DNA from: Octopus vulgaris
Taxonomy: Eukaryota
DNA length: 64,000 bases
Reading direction: 5' to 3'
Assembly: GCA_951406725.2 (NCBI GenBank)
Contig: OX597821.1
Location: 88,226,001-88,290,000 of the forward strand
Shown: piece after piece, positions 37,738 to 50,797 of the stretch
Position numbering within the stretch: the first letter of the stretch is position 1
Layout: each line of letters starts with the position of its first letter
Translations under genes and position numbers: made by a program
The notes under the pieces: model-generated
What the model saw: the letters and a program-made list of their open reading frames with translations, nothing else
The model's database searches: none
Told to the model about the DNA's origin: nothing

Positions 37738-37860
37738 ACATACAAAAATACCCTGTTGTTGATGTTGAAATTCCAGTGAAGGAGCCTCGAATCTAGGTTA
37801 GAAACCGGCTCTTTCTCTATTGGCAAGAAATCTTTAAACAAAACTGAACAATGATATGCA
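37738..37860 (+). mobile_element. Second, shorter 3'-UTR copy of the same R4/Dong-like element
   Basis: CATACAAAAATACCCTGTTGTTGATGTTGA...GGCAAGAAATCTT..AAACTGAA is a direct repeat of 37415-37526. Confidence 0.6.
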
Positions 37861-37887
37861 TACAAATAGGTAGTCAGAAATATTCTT

Positions 37888-38255
37888 TTCTGCTCTAGGC
37901 GCAAGGCCCGAAATTTTTAGGGAGGGGATCAGTCGATTAGATCGACCCCAGTACGCAACTGGTTCTTAATTTATCGACCCCGAAAGGATGAAAGGCAAAG
38001 TCGACCACGGCGGAATTTGAACTTAGAACATATAGACAGACAAAATACCTATTTCTTTACTACCCACAAGGGGCTAAACACAGAGAGGACAAACAAGGAC
38101 AGACAAACGGATTAAGTCAATTATATCGACCTCAGTGCGATACTTATTTAATCGACCCCGAAAGGATGAAAGGTAAAGTCTACATCAGCGGAATTTGAAC
38201 TCAGAACGTAGTGGCTAACGAAATACCGCTAAGCATTTCGCCCGGTGTGCTAACA
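37888..38255 (-). mobile_element. SINE family B, dimeric body
   Basis: Reverse complement of the 34258 element with two body units. It is flanked by a repeated AGTCAGAAATATT. Confidence 0.85.
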
Positions 38256-38913
38256 GGCAGTCAGAAATATTAATTGTTTGAGGACTAGAACAGTCCAATG
38301 AATCACAAATCCATTGGACCTGGCTAATCCCGATCCGATTGTATTTGGGATTCTTATGAAATATTTGATAGATCTGATTCCGTTTCAGCCTAACCACCTC
38401 GTAGTAAATACTAATATTGATTGTAATATAAGTACGCAAATTCGATTTTTGTCGAGATGGTTAAGATCACTTCCTGATTATTACTTTATTTTATCGGCCC
38501 TAAAAGATTCAAATTCGGTGGAAATTGAACATAAATATCCATATGTAATTTTTATTTCTGCACATTTTGCTTCTTGTGTATGTCTTCGTGTCTTATATAA
38601 GTTTTCTTTAAATGCATTCTTACACATTAAGAATTCTTATACAGCAAGCGCATGTGTGGGAATATTTGCATGGTATATTGTTCGTTTGAACATGTGTATT
38701 ATATTTTGCGCAAGCATTTGAATAACTTTTTCTATGTTTGGGTCCATTCATCTATCCATCCACACACATATATATCCGTGCATGTGTGTGTGTGTGTGTG
38801 CAGTACAATATATTTTGAAATAACAACTCATATCTTTCCAGTTAACTTAAAATTGGTTCAATACTTCTTTCCATCTCTCAAGGTATTAAGAGTTGGAAAG
38901 TGTACGAACATAC

Positions 38914-38957
38914 CTCAAATATCACCCCGGGGACAAAAATTACGAATATAACGATTG
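38914..38957 (-). CDS. Candidate small exon (44 nt) encoding a hydrophobic peptide
   Basis: aatttcag|...gag|gtatgt. Only one frame is open: AIVIFVIFVPGVIFE. Confidence 0.2.
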
Positions 38958-39633
38958 CTGAAATTATTATTGCAGATTACATATGGAATTGTAATTGATT
39001 TCACAAAACTTACGTGTACCATTAGCCGGGAAGCTGTGGAATAGTAATAGAAGACGTGAGTAAAGGAAAGAGTATCAATGTGATCGCTCCATCAGCTAGA
39101 ATTCCTTGCAATTCTCCCTGAAACCATATGTCATCGTTTTGAAAGAAAGAGCAATTGGATAATAAAATAATTAACAACAAAACTTTGGGAAAATGGCGAA
39201 TTGTCAAGACAGATAAGGGTCCAGACATAGCAGTCTTTGATCAGCGCTTGCCTGTTGAATAACGACGGTTATCAGAGCATCAGCTGAGCAAATGAATTTT
39301 ATTTCAAATAAAATAATTTCTAGTATTTTACTAATGTTTGTTTCATGGACTTTTACTCTCTTTCCGAACAGAAAAGTATGTATGTATGTATGTATGTATG
39401 TATGTATGTATGTATGTATGTATGTATATATCTATGTATGTATGTATGTATGCATGCATGTATGTATGTATGTATGTATGTTTGTATGCATGTGTGTATG
39501 TATGCATGTATGCATGTGTATCTAAAAGTGTGTGTCTATGTGTATTTCTATGGTTGTATGCACACACACACATAAAATATATATTATTATCTCATATCAT
39601 ATTATATATTATATCATATTATATTATAATATA

Positions 39634-39694
<61 letters not shown>

Positions 39695-39714
39695 GTGTGT
39701 GTGTGTATGTGAGT

Positions 39715-39777
<63 letters not shown>

Positions 39778-41730
39778 AGCAGTTTAAGGGAAAGACAGAA
39801 TAGAATTCCATGGGCTAGTCATGTTTTAGCTCTCTGCTCCTTGAGTTCAAATACTGCAACGGTCAAGTATATATCTCATCAGTTCGGCATCCCTAAATAA
39901 AGTACTAGTCTAGTACTTGGCATCGATTCCTTTCTATCTGTACTTTACGTTTTCACTCTCTTTCTTTCCCGATGTGATAAATCCGCCTTTACGCTGACTT
40001 ATGGAAAGAATGGTCTCACTCGGTCACTACATATACCAAGGTAACGTTGATACGACTCCATCGCGACTTAGTACCCCTTTCTCTGTTGTTTTACTTGTCT
40101 GTCTTTCTGCCTGTCTGACATTGTTCTGTGAATTGTGCACCAATATGTCTATGTATATGCGTGTGTGTAAATATCTATGTATCAATCTCTATCTCGTTCC
40201 CTCTCTCTACACACACTCACGGACACACACAAACACATACACACTTTCTCTCTCTCTCACACACACATATGTATATCAATAACAATACCAATAGTTCATG
40301 TTACAATGAGGATGGTAAAAAAGTAATATTGTGATAAAGTCACTTGAGATGTTTTTCGGCGCCTCACATTTATGAGTTCATATCTCGCAGAGGGTCAGCA
40401 ATTATTTCAGGCCTTATCTTAAAAATTCTAACAAAAATAGGAAAAATATAAAATACAAAACACTCAACACAACAACAACTACAGCAACAGCAAAAATATT
40501 GGAAAAAGAACGAATGAAAGGTGGCCATTGTGAAGCCAAAATTTCATCTTTAATCTAAAATATTGTATAATCAACTTGGCATCAGTTTCAATATTCAACA
40601 TTTTAATATTTTCGTGGGTTTTGTTTGTTTTTAATATATCCTTGTGATCTCATTGTATGTGTTTATTTTCATAATTTTGTTGTTAATATTTTGGATTTGT
40701 TTTATTTAATTGCTTTTCTTTAGTGATAGTGTGATGGTAGTGGTAATGCAGATGAGGGAGAAGAATTTTAATTTTTTTATTTGAGTGTCTATTTTTTTTT
40801 TGATAATTCCATTTCATTATTTTTTTTTTATCAAAAATGATTTTTTTTTTATATATTTCTAGATTTTAATTAATTTTATTTATTTCATTTTGCTTCAATT
40901 ATATATTACTTTTATTTTAATATTTTATTCCTATATTTATTTATTTTGTGTACGGAAGATTTATCATTTGAATAGTATTTGAATAGGGTTCTGTTAAACA
41001 GGACCCGGATGTCACATTGATAATGGGGATGTTGCATTACTGCTACGACCAATTATGATGATAATAGAGAAAATGTAGATGATAATGATGATAGTAATGA
41101 TAATCTTGCAGTTAATGCTCCTGCTGATGTTGCGGTGACAATTATAATAACAGACGTAATGATTGTGATGGTTATTACGGGGCACGTGATCATCGTGATG
41201 TTTATTATGATGACAAGATGATGACGATGATGACTCTAGCAGCAGCGAAGGTAGTTATTAAAACGTTAGCTGCGGTTTTGTAGCCATAGACTTAACGATC
41301 GTCGTGACGATGAGCACGTTGATAATGATGATGAGGACTATGGGGAATGCTGAAACGGTGATGAGGATGAGGATGGCGATGGCGATAACGGTGACAGAGG
41401 TGCTAATGATATCTACGATGCTGATTACGGTGGTTAAATTCGCAATGTGATCAATAATAAGTTGAAAGAGCATTAGAATATTAGCGATTTTGATATCGTT
41501 GGCGATCGAGAAGGTGGAAGTAGAGAGAACTTGTATGATGATGATTATGAGGATATCATCATCATCATCATCATCATCAACGACAACAACAGCAACAAGA
41601 AGAAGAAGAAGAAGATAACAACAACAATAAATAAATAAATAATAATAATCCTTTCTTATTTTTGCATGTCCTAAAATTTATACTCTTTTAATCTTTAGGG
41701 GATATATTTATATATATATATAAATATATC

Positions 41731-41824
<94 letters not shown>

Positions 41825-41842
41825 GTGTGTGTGTGTGTATTG

Positions 41843-42302
41843 GGAGAAATGGTAAGGCACCAAAAGAATAAAAGAGACCTCGACATTATGTAAATAGAGG
41901 AATTCATCTGTAAATGTAACATGTGACAATTATTCGGTAGCCATGATAAAACTTCGAGTTTCAGATGTCGGAGCGGAAACCCACGCCACCATTTCTTCAG
42001 TTATCGGGCCATCGAAAACAATTCTATGAAAATGACTGTTAAAGAAAGGGAAATTACTGTGTGATTGACCGTTATTAAGACAAAAGAGCTATTAGAATGA
42101 CCGCTAAGTGAGGGGAGGGAGTAAAGGTAAGGGAGTAAAAATGTTCATAGTATTCGCGTAAGCGCGCATGTCCATACATACATATGCGCGCCCGTACATC
42201 CACGTACATGCGCCTATAAGTATATACTCATTCACCCCGACATCCGAAACTCGGAGTTTTATCATGGCTACCGAATAATTATCACATATTATATTTACAG
42301 AT
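41843..42302 (-). mobile_element. Penelope-like non-autonomous element with partial inverted repeat and type-I hammerhead motif
   Basis: 41906-41971 is inverse to 42237-42302, with a one-sided extension at 41843-41905. The hammerhead motif is at 41945-42005, and the element is flanked by (TA/TG)n and (CATA)n. Confidence 0.7.
41945..42005 (-). ncRNA. Type-I hammerhead ribozyme motif
   Basis: GATAA-CTGAAGA-AATG..(22 nt)..CATCT-GAAA-CT-cga-AG-TT-TTATC has a perfect 5-bp stem I, both core boxes and stem III. Stem II is slightly decayed. Confidence 0.65.
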
Positions 42303-42965
42303 ATACATACATACATACATACATACATACATACACTCATATATATATATATATATACATACCATCTAATAGCTGCATGTTCTTACATACATATAAATAC
42401 GAAGGGCTGCCGATTAACATTCTACGAATCTGCACGTACATACAGAATCACATGGATACTCACACGCACGCACGTACACTGACACACACAGAAACACACA
42501 CACGCGTGCCTAAACATACACGCGTAATCATACATACATTCATCTTCATTAATAATCTGGACAACAATGGAGTGTGAAAATATTCAATAACAAAGATGTG
42601 GAATGCTCTAGTCGTATTTTATGTTGCTTACTACATATGAAAGTAATCAAAATCCGTTGATAATCTACGTCTGCGTAGTACATACATACATACATACATA
42701 CAAACATACATGCATACATACAATTACAAGCTTAAGCTTATAAGTTTTTACCGTATATTGACTTTAGAAAATAGTCTAATATTGGGGCATATAAAGCCAC
42801 GAACGAAAATGATTTGGCATTAGTATACATGCAGAGCGTACTAATGCCCACTTTTGTTTCCGTCGAGGGTTTATATACTCCCATATAACACTATTTTCTC
42901 TAAAGTCAATATACGCCAAAGGCTTGTAAGCTTGGCTTCTAATTATATTTACAACACACAGAGGC

Positions 42966-43530
42966 ACGTGTGCTGGGGATAGACAGGACGGACGTTTTTG
43001 AAAAGTTAAAAAAAATCAGTAATTTTATCTGCATAGAAATTGTGTTGATATTAATGTGTTTGTACTGAATTAGCATTTGTCAAAATTAAGTGAGGAAAGT
43101 TCAGTAGAATGTCTGAGAGCTGAGCGATTCGGACTCCGTATCAATGTTTATCTGACACGTTCCCTATTTTCCGGGGGTTCGTACCGTTCATGGTGCCCCC
43201 TCCAATCTCCTATTCATTAGTGTACCTCGTATGCGATGTGCATTCACCCAACGTAAGATTGTGTTACGGGTGGGAACAACCTGATTTCTGTGAATGTTGA
43301 AGTGGCGCCGAAACTCATGCTGAGCTGCTGTGACTGACTCGTTATTCTTCATGTAACTGATGTAGGCAAGCACGCGATGCTCTGTCGTCCTCAGCGCCAT
43401 GGCTTCACCTAGAAAGAAAAAAAAGGCTAAGACACCACAAGCCGAATGGTACCGGTCGGACATAAGCCCCTCCTCCGGGGTTGAATAATAGACATTTCAA
43501 AAAAGTCCGTCCGTTCTGCCCCATCATGTA
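42966..43530 (-). mobile_element. Internally deleted Tc1/mariner-superfamily (Tc3-like) transposon; N-terminal HTH remnant
   Basis: Degenerate TIRs (GGGG..AGAC.GGACGGAC.TTTTTGAAA / TTTCAAAAAAGTCCGTCCGTTCTGCCCCATCATG-TA). The minus ORF EHRVLAYISYMKNNESVTAAQHEFRRHFNIHRNQVVPTRNTILRWV is a DUF4817-like HTH. Confidence 0.75.
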
Positions 43531-43752
43531 TATGTATTCTGCTCAATTCATTATAGTAATGAACAATTCATGAAGGGCTGTGAAATATTACAAACATCGC
43601 TGAGTATATAAAAATTCAGTTTCCTTACAATATGGACAGGGGACTTAAATTCATAATTATGATATTCTAATATAATGCTTCATATTCTATAATCATGTTT
43701 CACCTCTCTCCCTTTCTGTCTGTCCGTCTGTTTCTGTTTGTCTGTCTGTATA

Positions 43753-43786
<34 letters not shown>

Positions 43787-43791
43787 ACTCT

Positions 43792-43822
<31 letters not shown>

Positions 43823-44252
43823 AGCATTTCACTCGAGGTTAAACCCATATAAAGGTCCAAACTCGTCACAGCTATTTAACAAACATGTTAGAGTAATAAC
43901 CATTTCAAAACCGTCCGTCCGCCCGGTCTACCTCACACTGTATATGCATCCTAATCAATTCATTATCGTAATCAACAATTCAAGAAGAGCTAAGAAACTT
44001 TACAAACGTCGCTGAGTATATAAAATTCATAGTTTACTTACAATATGAATAGGCGACTTAAATTCCTATTACGATATACCAAGATAGTTTCATATTCTAT
44101 AGTCATAAATTTCTCCTCTCTTCCGTTCTTTCTGCCCGTCTGGCTGTTTCTGTCTCTGTCAGTCTGTCTGTCTCACACACAATCTATCACTCCAGGTTAA
44201 ACCCATATAAAGACATATAAAGACTCAAACTCGTCACAGCTATTCAACAATC
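43482..44252. repeat. Diverged tandem duplication (~410-bp unit) including the transposon end and flank
   Basis: CATTTCAAAA..GTCCGTCCG, CAATTCATTAT.GTAAT, TCGCTGAGTATATAAAA, AGGTTAAACCCATATAAAG and CAAACTCGTCACAGCTATT each occur twice in the same order. Confidence 0.85.
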
Positions 44253-44694
44253 AACTCGTCAGTATTAGTGTGTTTCCACTACTTGCGAAAATATTTGATA
44301 TAGTCGGCACTAACAGTAATTACATTAGACAGACTGGCCTGATAATGAAACGCAGTACAAAGAGAAAGATTTAAATGCAGTATCAAGAAAGTTTTAAAAT
44401 TGTCCAATTTATTTATAAAATAATTGTCTGTAACACTACATATTTGCTCATCAACATTTAACTGTTATTAAGGTGTGGCTATAACTGAAATTCCTAATAT
44501 AAAACTTAAAATTCTAATGATAAAACTGTACAAAATTTAAGTAATACTGCAGGGGAATACAGTCACTTTTGGTACAGAGAACGAACGGTGGTCACCGCTA
44601 TTCCTTCCACAAAGTTAGTGTTGCTTCAAATGAAATAAAATGGACATAACGAAGAATCGAAACCCCTGCGCAAACAGTCTCCTCATAAGATTAC

Positions 44695-44724
44695 CTGTGC
44701 ACACCGCAAATAATATCGGAGATT
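44695..44724 (-). CDS. Candidate 30-nt frame-preserving microexon
   Basis: A long T-rich tract ...tttttgcttttttttacatttgaacag|AATCTCCGATATTATTTGCGGTGTGCACAG|gtaatc. All three frames are open (e.g. ESPILFAVCT). Confidence 0.4.
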
Positions 44725-44977
44725 CTGTTCAAATGTAAAAAAAAGCAAAAAGAAACAAAAAAAAAACGAAAAAAAAAATGTAAAAATGAAAAGCATAAGC
44801 GAAGATAAAAATAAACGAAGAAGAAAATATTCTTCTGTTTTTCTTTTATGCTCCTCCTCTGTGTCAGTAAATCCAATAATCTTGTAAATATTGACTGGGC
44901 AACACTAAGACTGCATGGATAATACATATACATACATATATATATATATAAATATATATGTATGTGTGTGTATGTGT

Positions 44978-45013
<36 letters not shown>

Positions 45014-45776
45014 AATATATGATTGAAAGATGGAGAAAGTGAGATGGCGAAAAATATAGACAGGATGTGTGTTTATGTGTGTGTGCCGGAGTATTTGTGA
45101 GTGTAGGATGTGTTATCTAAAGCAGTAAACCGTGTTTTGTTCAGATTCTGTCTGATAAATAAAACGGCGTATTATTTGTTCATACGTAACCAAATTTCAA
45201 GCGAGTTACCAATGTTTAGCAAGTTGTCTAAATTGAGTTTTGCTTTAACACCAGCTATATCTGTGTGTCGAATGTTTCCAAGATCTAGTTACATAGTGTT
45301 ATTGTCATCGTCCGACCGTCGTTCTTTCCAGCTAAGTATACACAACAACACCAATTTTCAAAACGAAGGCATGCCGCAGTAAGTTCTGTTATGGCTTATG
45401 TGATTAACATCCGGCAGATGTTTTTACGTCGTATAATATTCAGTAAATTTTTGCTTTTTTTTTTTTTTTTTTTTTTTTTTGTCAGCAAGAATACATAACA
45501 GTATCCGATAACATTGAATAGATTCTCTAGAGGAAACTCTACACCAATGGCTAGTTTTCATTATTAATGTACCAGATCACCGACACTTACCTCAGAGACA
45601 CCTCAGTCACCTTTTCAAAGACATACCACATGAAGTTCAGTAACTAACACTCTTATTTGACCATTGCTCAACTTGTTCTGTTCTATGTTGTGTGTTGACA
45701 CAGACAGCATCTGCCCAGAATCCCTACTGCATGCTTACATACGTACATGTAGTTGTGTGTATATGAAGTATATATC

Positions 45777-45849
<73 letters not shown>

Positions 45850-46150
45850 AATATATATATATTATATATATATATATATAATATAATACATATGTGTATA
45901 TATATATATATGCATATATTCATATACATATATATATACCACATATATATATATATATATATATATTGTGTGTGTATACATATGTATATATATATATATA
46001 TATGCATATATATCATATACTATATATATGTATATATATATATATATATATATACATATATATATACATATGTAGATATATATATATATATGATATATAT
46101 ATGATATATATATAGTATACATATGTATATATATATATATACATATGTAG

Positions 46151-46185
<35 letters not shown>

Positions 46186-46234
46186 AGATATATATATATA
46201 TATATATATACATATGTAGATATATATACATATG

Positions 46235-46268
<34 letters not shown>

Positions 46269-46683
46269 CGCACATATATATATATATGTGTGTGTGTGTG
46301 TGAATATATATATATGTTAATATAGTTTATGTATGTGTGTGTATACGTATTATATATATATATATATATACGCATACATTATATACATATATATATATGT
46401 AATACATGCGTATATATGTATATATGTGTGTGTGTGTATGTGAATGTGTGAGTATTTGTGTGTATGTATGCATACATAAGAGCAAATATACCTACACATA
46501 TACGCGGGTACACACACACACACACACACACCGTGATAAACAAACATACACACAGACACGACATGCCTCCGCACATATAACGCCGACCAGTTTCCACCGA
46601 CACCTAACCGGTCAAGCTAAGCCTTATAATAGATAAAAGCCAATTGCTTTACGTGATGCCAAACTGTAAAATCAAATTTTGCA

Positions 46684-46771
46684 TTATGTAGCTGCGCTGG
46701 GTAACGAACTTCTTAACCCCAAATTTATACCTGAATCGTATCCCGCAGGTGATACTACTGAGTCGCGTGAC
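46684..46771 (-). CDS. Candidate exon (41 nt to an internal GT donor, or a terminal exon to the stop at 46684)
   Basis: catctcccag|GTCACGCGAC...GATTCAG|gtataa in a locally GC-rich island. The frame reads SRDSVVSPAGYDS(GINLGLRSSLPSAAT*). Confidence 0.3.
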
Positions 46772-47184
46772 CTGGGAGATGATGGTATATAATTCAGTTG
46801 GATCGATAAAATACCGAAAATAATTAAAAGCAAAACTAAACAAAAAATACAAAGAGCAAAAATAAACGAAACGGAATATTTAATTTTGTAATGATTGTTG
46901 TTGTTCTTGTTGTTGTTGTCGTTAATAATCATGCTGGTGATAGTAATTGTTCATTTTGAGTTTTCAGTTTCCGTTTAGGATCACAACATACCAAAACGAT
47001 CCTTTATTGACACGTTAATGCTTTTTTATGTCTGGACTGCATAAAGATCTTTAAAATTATCGATTACTGCAAAAGAAAAAACAAAGTGAAATGTACTGTG
47101 ACACGTACGTAGTGTTTCCTTTTTAGCTCCACCACCACCACTACCAACAACAACAACAACAACACCACCACCACCACCACCACC

Positions 47185-47216
<32 letters not shown>

Positions 47217-47247
47217 CAACAGCAGCAATAGCAACAGCAGCAACAGT

Positions 47248-47839
47248 GGAGGCGCAATGGCTAAGTGGTTAGGGCCGTGGACTCGCAATCGTAAAAACGC
47301 GGTTTCGATTCCCAGACCGGGCATTTTGAGTTTGCCCGCATTTAGACGCCCGCCTTCGCTCGCTTGTCCGCCGGCAACCGCCGCAGGACCGTTCGTTCCT
47401 CCTCCTCCTCTCTATGCAGGGTCGTCGCTGATCGGTATAGGTGACCACGAGGCTCCGGCTGTGGGTGGTGGTGAACCCCGCTGTACTCTTTCGCCACAAC
47501 TTTCTCTTACGCTTTCTTCCTACTTCTGCGAACAAAGCAGAGGAACCATGGTGTAACCCACTATGGTGTCGTAAAGTTTCAAACCCTAGTCTCGATTGCG
47601 AATCCTCTGTACCCCAGGATGGCTCAGCTCTCCACCCGTTAAAAGCCACCGTTTACGGAATGAGAATAACAGCGTAGCTTTCGCGCCCGTGCAACCGCCA
47701 GTCTATCGCGTGTGGTGGGTGGATCTTCACGTTGCCACACGCATTCTAATAGCTTAGAGTAGGCTCGAATTAGAGATTATTCTTTGTGGCTAATGGCGTG
47801 AGTCCTGATTGGAAGAAGAAGAAGAAGAAGAAGAAGAAG

Positions 47840-47868
<29 letters not shown>
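47248..47868 (+). mobile_element. SINE family C, long variant with GC-rich insert and (GAA)n tail (tail type 3)
   Basis: Family C head, an extra GC-rich segment at ~47325-47445, the shared CCACGAGGCTCCGG...CACAACTTTCTCT body, and a distinct tail ending in (GAA)n. Confidence 0.7.
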
Positions 47869-47870
<2 letters not shown>

Positions 47871-47942
47871 CAGCAGCAACAACAACAAAGATACTAGTAG
47901 CACAACGAGCAACGCAACATTAGGGACACCCTCAGTAATTGG

Positions 47943-48815
47943 CTCTCCGTCGCTTACGACGACAAGGGTTCCAGTTGAACCGGTCAATGGAAATGTCTGC
48001 TTGTGGAAGTGGCTGAGCACACTACAGACACACGTACCCTTAATGTATTGGGTTGTCCGGAAAGTTCGTGCCGATTTTTAAAGGAAAGAAATAGGTTCAC
48101 AAATACTTGCCATTACAGTTTTAATCAACCAAATATGAACCATTTTGTTGCACAATGCGTCTCCATCTTTCCTTTAACTTGAAAATACCCTCTTCCCAGA
48201 ATTGAGGTGGTTTCATGGCAAAGAATTCATCAAGGTATCATTTTACGTCATCCAAGGAATTGAAATTTTTACCATTAAGACTATTCTGCAGAGACCTGAA
48301 AAAGCGAAATCCGAAGGAGCAATATCTGGTGAATATGGAGGGTAAGGTAACACATCCCAGCCGAGCTGCAGCAATTTTTTGTCTGGTTCCCAAAGCATCA
48401 AGTGCTGAAAACGAACTTTCTTATCTTCCATTTTAAATGGTTACAGAATTAACACAGGTTATAAGAACATAAACCTTCCACGAAAAGATAGCATAAACAT
48501 TGCTTTAAATGGAGGTGTAGTCAAATCCTATTTCATGGACTCCGCCATGTTCTAAAGTTAGTCGAAAGTTAAGCTACTATAAAACGGGACGAACTTTCCG
48601 GACAACCCAATAGTTCTCTGGGAGATTTAGCGTGACACAGAATGTGACAAGATTGGTTCTTTGAATTACGGGTACAACTTATATTTGTCAGCTGAGTGGA
48701 ATGGGATCAACGTGTTACAAAGTGTTTTACTCGAGGACAGAACGCGTTGCCTGGAATCTAACTCACGATCTCATGGTCGTGAATCGATTACCCTAATAAC
48801 TACGTCACACGCCAT
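47943..48815 (-). mobile_element. SINE family D copy split by a mariner insertion
   Basis: CACACGTACCCTTAATG|TA...TA|GTTCTCTGGGAGATTTAGCGTGACACAG is continuous with the tail sequence seen at 36930-36980. Confidence 0.8.
48048..48610 (-). mobile_element. Mariner (DD34D-type) internal-deletion derivative
   Basis: TIRs TTGGGTTGTCCGGAAAGTTCGT / ACGAACTTTCCGGACAACCCAA with TA TSDs. The N-terminus MEDKKVRF is fused to C-terminal LLQLGWDVLPYPPYSPDIAPSDF...ERWRRIVQQNGSY. Confidence 0.92.
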
Positions 48816-48959
48816 TCAGCCCTCGATGGCAGCCATATCATAATCACCACTACCGCCACCGCCACCGACTCAATCACCACCTCTACAGTTCCCGGCGCCA
48901 AAGTCGACTTCAACAAAGTACAGACAACCTAAGACAACCATCATCAATATTTTAAAATA

Positions 48960-49848
48960 TTAGCACAATGCCAGCAGGTTCCGGTGGGCAGGGACCTCAG
49001 TACTCAACTGGTACTCAACCCCGAAAAGGAATTAAAGCAAGATCCACCCCGGGGATGCTGGGATTTGAACTTAGAACGTAACGACGGACGATATGCTGCT
49101 AAGCATTTCGCTCGGCGTGCTAACAATTTTGCTAGCTCACCTCCTAAGAGCTATATCCTAATACTCGTTTCAAATTTTGGCACAAGGCCAGCAATTCCAG
49201 GACAGGATAAGTCGATTACATAAAGTATTAGTGTTCGACTGGTACTTATTTTATCGACTCCGAAAGGATGAAAGGCAAAGACGGTCTTGGCGGAATTTGG
49301 GCTCAGGTCGTAAAGACGGACGAAATACCGCCCAGCCAATTCGCTTTTAAATCGTTTCCGCTTCGTGAACTAACATAATAGATGACGCATTCTGAAGCAC
49401 ACATCGATGGAGGCGGTCCGTCATGGCCTTTGATTATAGGCTTGCCATACAGGATCAAACAGGGGCTCTATAGCAATAACAGCAACGGCAACAATATTCC
49501 TGAACTACTTCACAATATTGCTGAATTAATAAATCTTTATCCCTTGCATCATTATAGCACACGATGCTAAAAAAAGGGGGAAAAAACACGGAACAATAAA
49601 AAAAGAAGGCCCCGCAAAAAAAAAAAAAAAAAATAACAATAATAATGAAAACGAGATTCAGCGCTTTAACGGCACAATACTATTTCAGTTCTACTCTATA
49701 CAAAACTAAACTATATACTTTGCATTGCACATTGTTTTTTAAATAATGAACATCCGTTAGCTACGACTATCTGTATTCATTTTACGGTCGACTAAACTGC
49801 CTACACATTGACTACTACTACTACTACTACTACTGCCGCAGCCACCAC

Positions 49849-49883
<35 letters not shown>

Positions 49884-50050
49884 GCTGTTGCTGCTGCTGC
49901 TGCTACTGCTACTTTCAAATTTGGCACGGGTCCAGTAATGGCAAAGTCGATTATATTGTCTCCAATATTTGACTGGTACTTTATTTTATCGAACCCGAAA
50001 GGAAAAAAGCAAAATCGACCCAGGCGAAATTTGAACTCGGAACATAATGA
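48960..50050 (-). mobile_element. Cluster of degenerate SINE family B copies (~48960-49145, 49165-49335, 49915-50050)
   Basis: Repeated CTGGTACTTATTTTATCGA.CCGAAAGGA.AAAG motifs. Confidence 0.65.
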
Positions 50051-50379
50051 GCTTTGTGTGAGAGGCTTGGCCCTTTTCACTTACAGATGCTGTGCACGCA
50101 TTTTCATGCAGATTCTTTGTACTAAATTTCATTCACGAGACTTAGATTGACACGAAGCATTTTTTAGCCATTTATTCAGGGAGGAATGGATAATGTTTGT
50201 GACCCGTTACTTTTCTTGACCACTGAATCCTGTGTGATGAAGGGTGGAATTTATCAACAAATATTTGAGTTATGTCTCGAATGCTTGTGACAAAGCATAC
50301 TTTATAGAAGGCATCTCAAAGACTCGTTGCTGGTGGAGAAGCACCTGAGCGATTAAATTTAATTCGAATGAAATCAATA

Positions 50380-50542
50380 GGTGCAGGAGTGGCTGTGTGG
50401 TAAGTAGCTTGCTAACCAACCACACGGTTCCGAGTTCAGTTTCACTGCGTGGCATCTTGGGCAAGTGCCTTCTGCTATAGCCCCGGGCCGACCAATGCCT
50501 TGTGAATGGATTTGGTAGACGGAAACTGAAAGAAGCCTGTCG

Positions 50543-50577
<35 letters not shown>

Positions 50578-50797
50578 TTGTGTGTTTGTGTGTCTGTGTT
50601 TGTCTCCCTAGCATTGCTTGACAACCGATGCTGGTGTGTTTACGTCCCCGTCACTTAGCGGTTCGGCAAAAGAGACCGATAGAATAAGTACTGGGCTTAC
50701 AAAGAATAAGTCCCGGGGTCGATTTGCCCGACTAAAGACGGTGCTCCAGCATGGCCGCAGTCAAATGACTGAAACAAGTAAAAGAGTAAAAGAGAGT
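50380..50797 (+). mobile_element. Full-length SINE family A
   Basis: Matches 10980-11391 along its length. Confidence 0.9.

Noticed and set aside
37770-37815. Hammerhead-like GTGAAGG-AGCCT...AGGTTA-GAAACCGG
   Set aside because: It lacks the CUGANGA box in both copies and is better explained as a LINE 3'-UTR stem-loop.
45331-45377. Plus-strand exon candidate (ctttccag ... gtaagt), and a similar one starting at ~59631
   Set aside because: Isolated, with no recognisable peptide or phase-consistent neighbours. Such matches are expected by chance.
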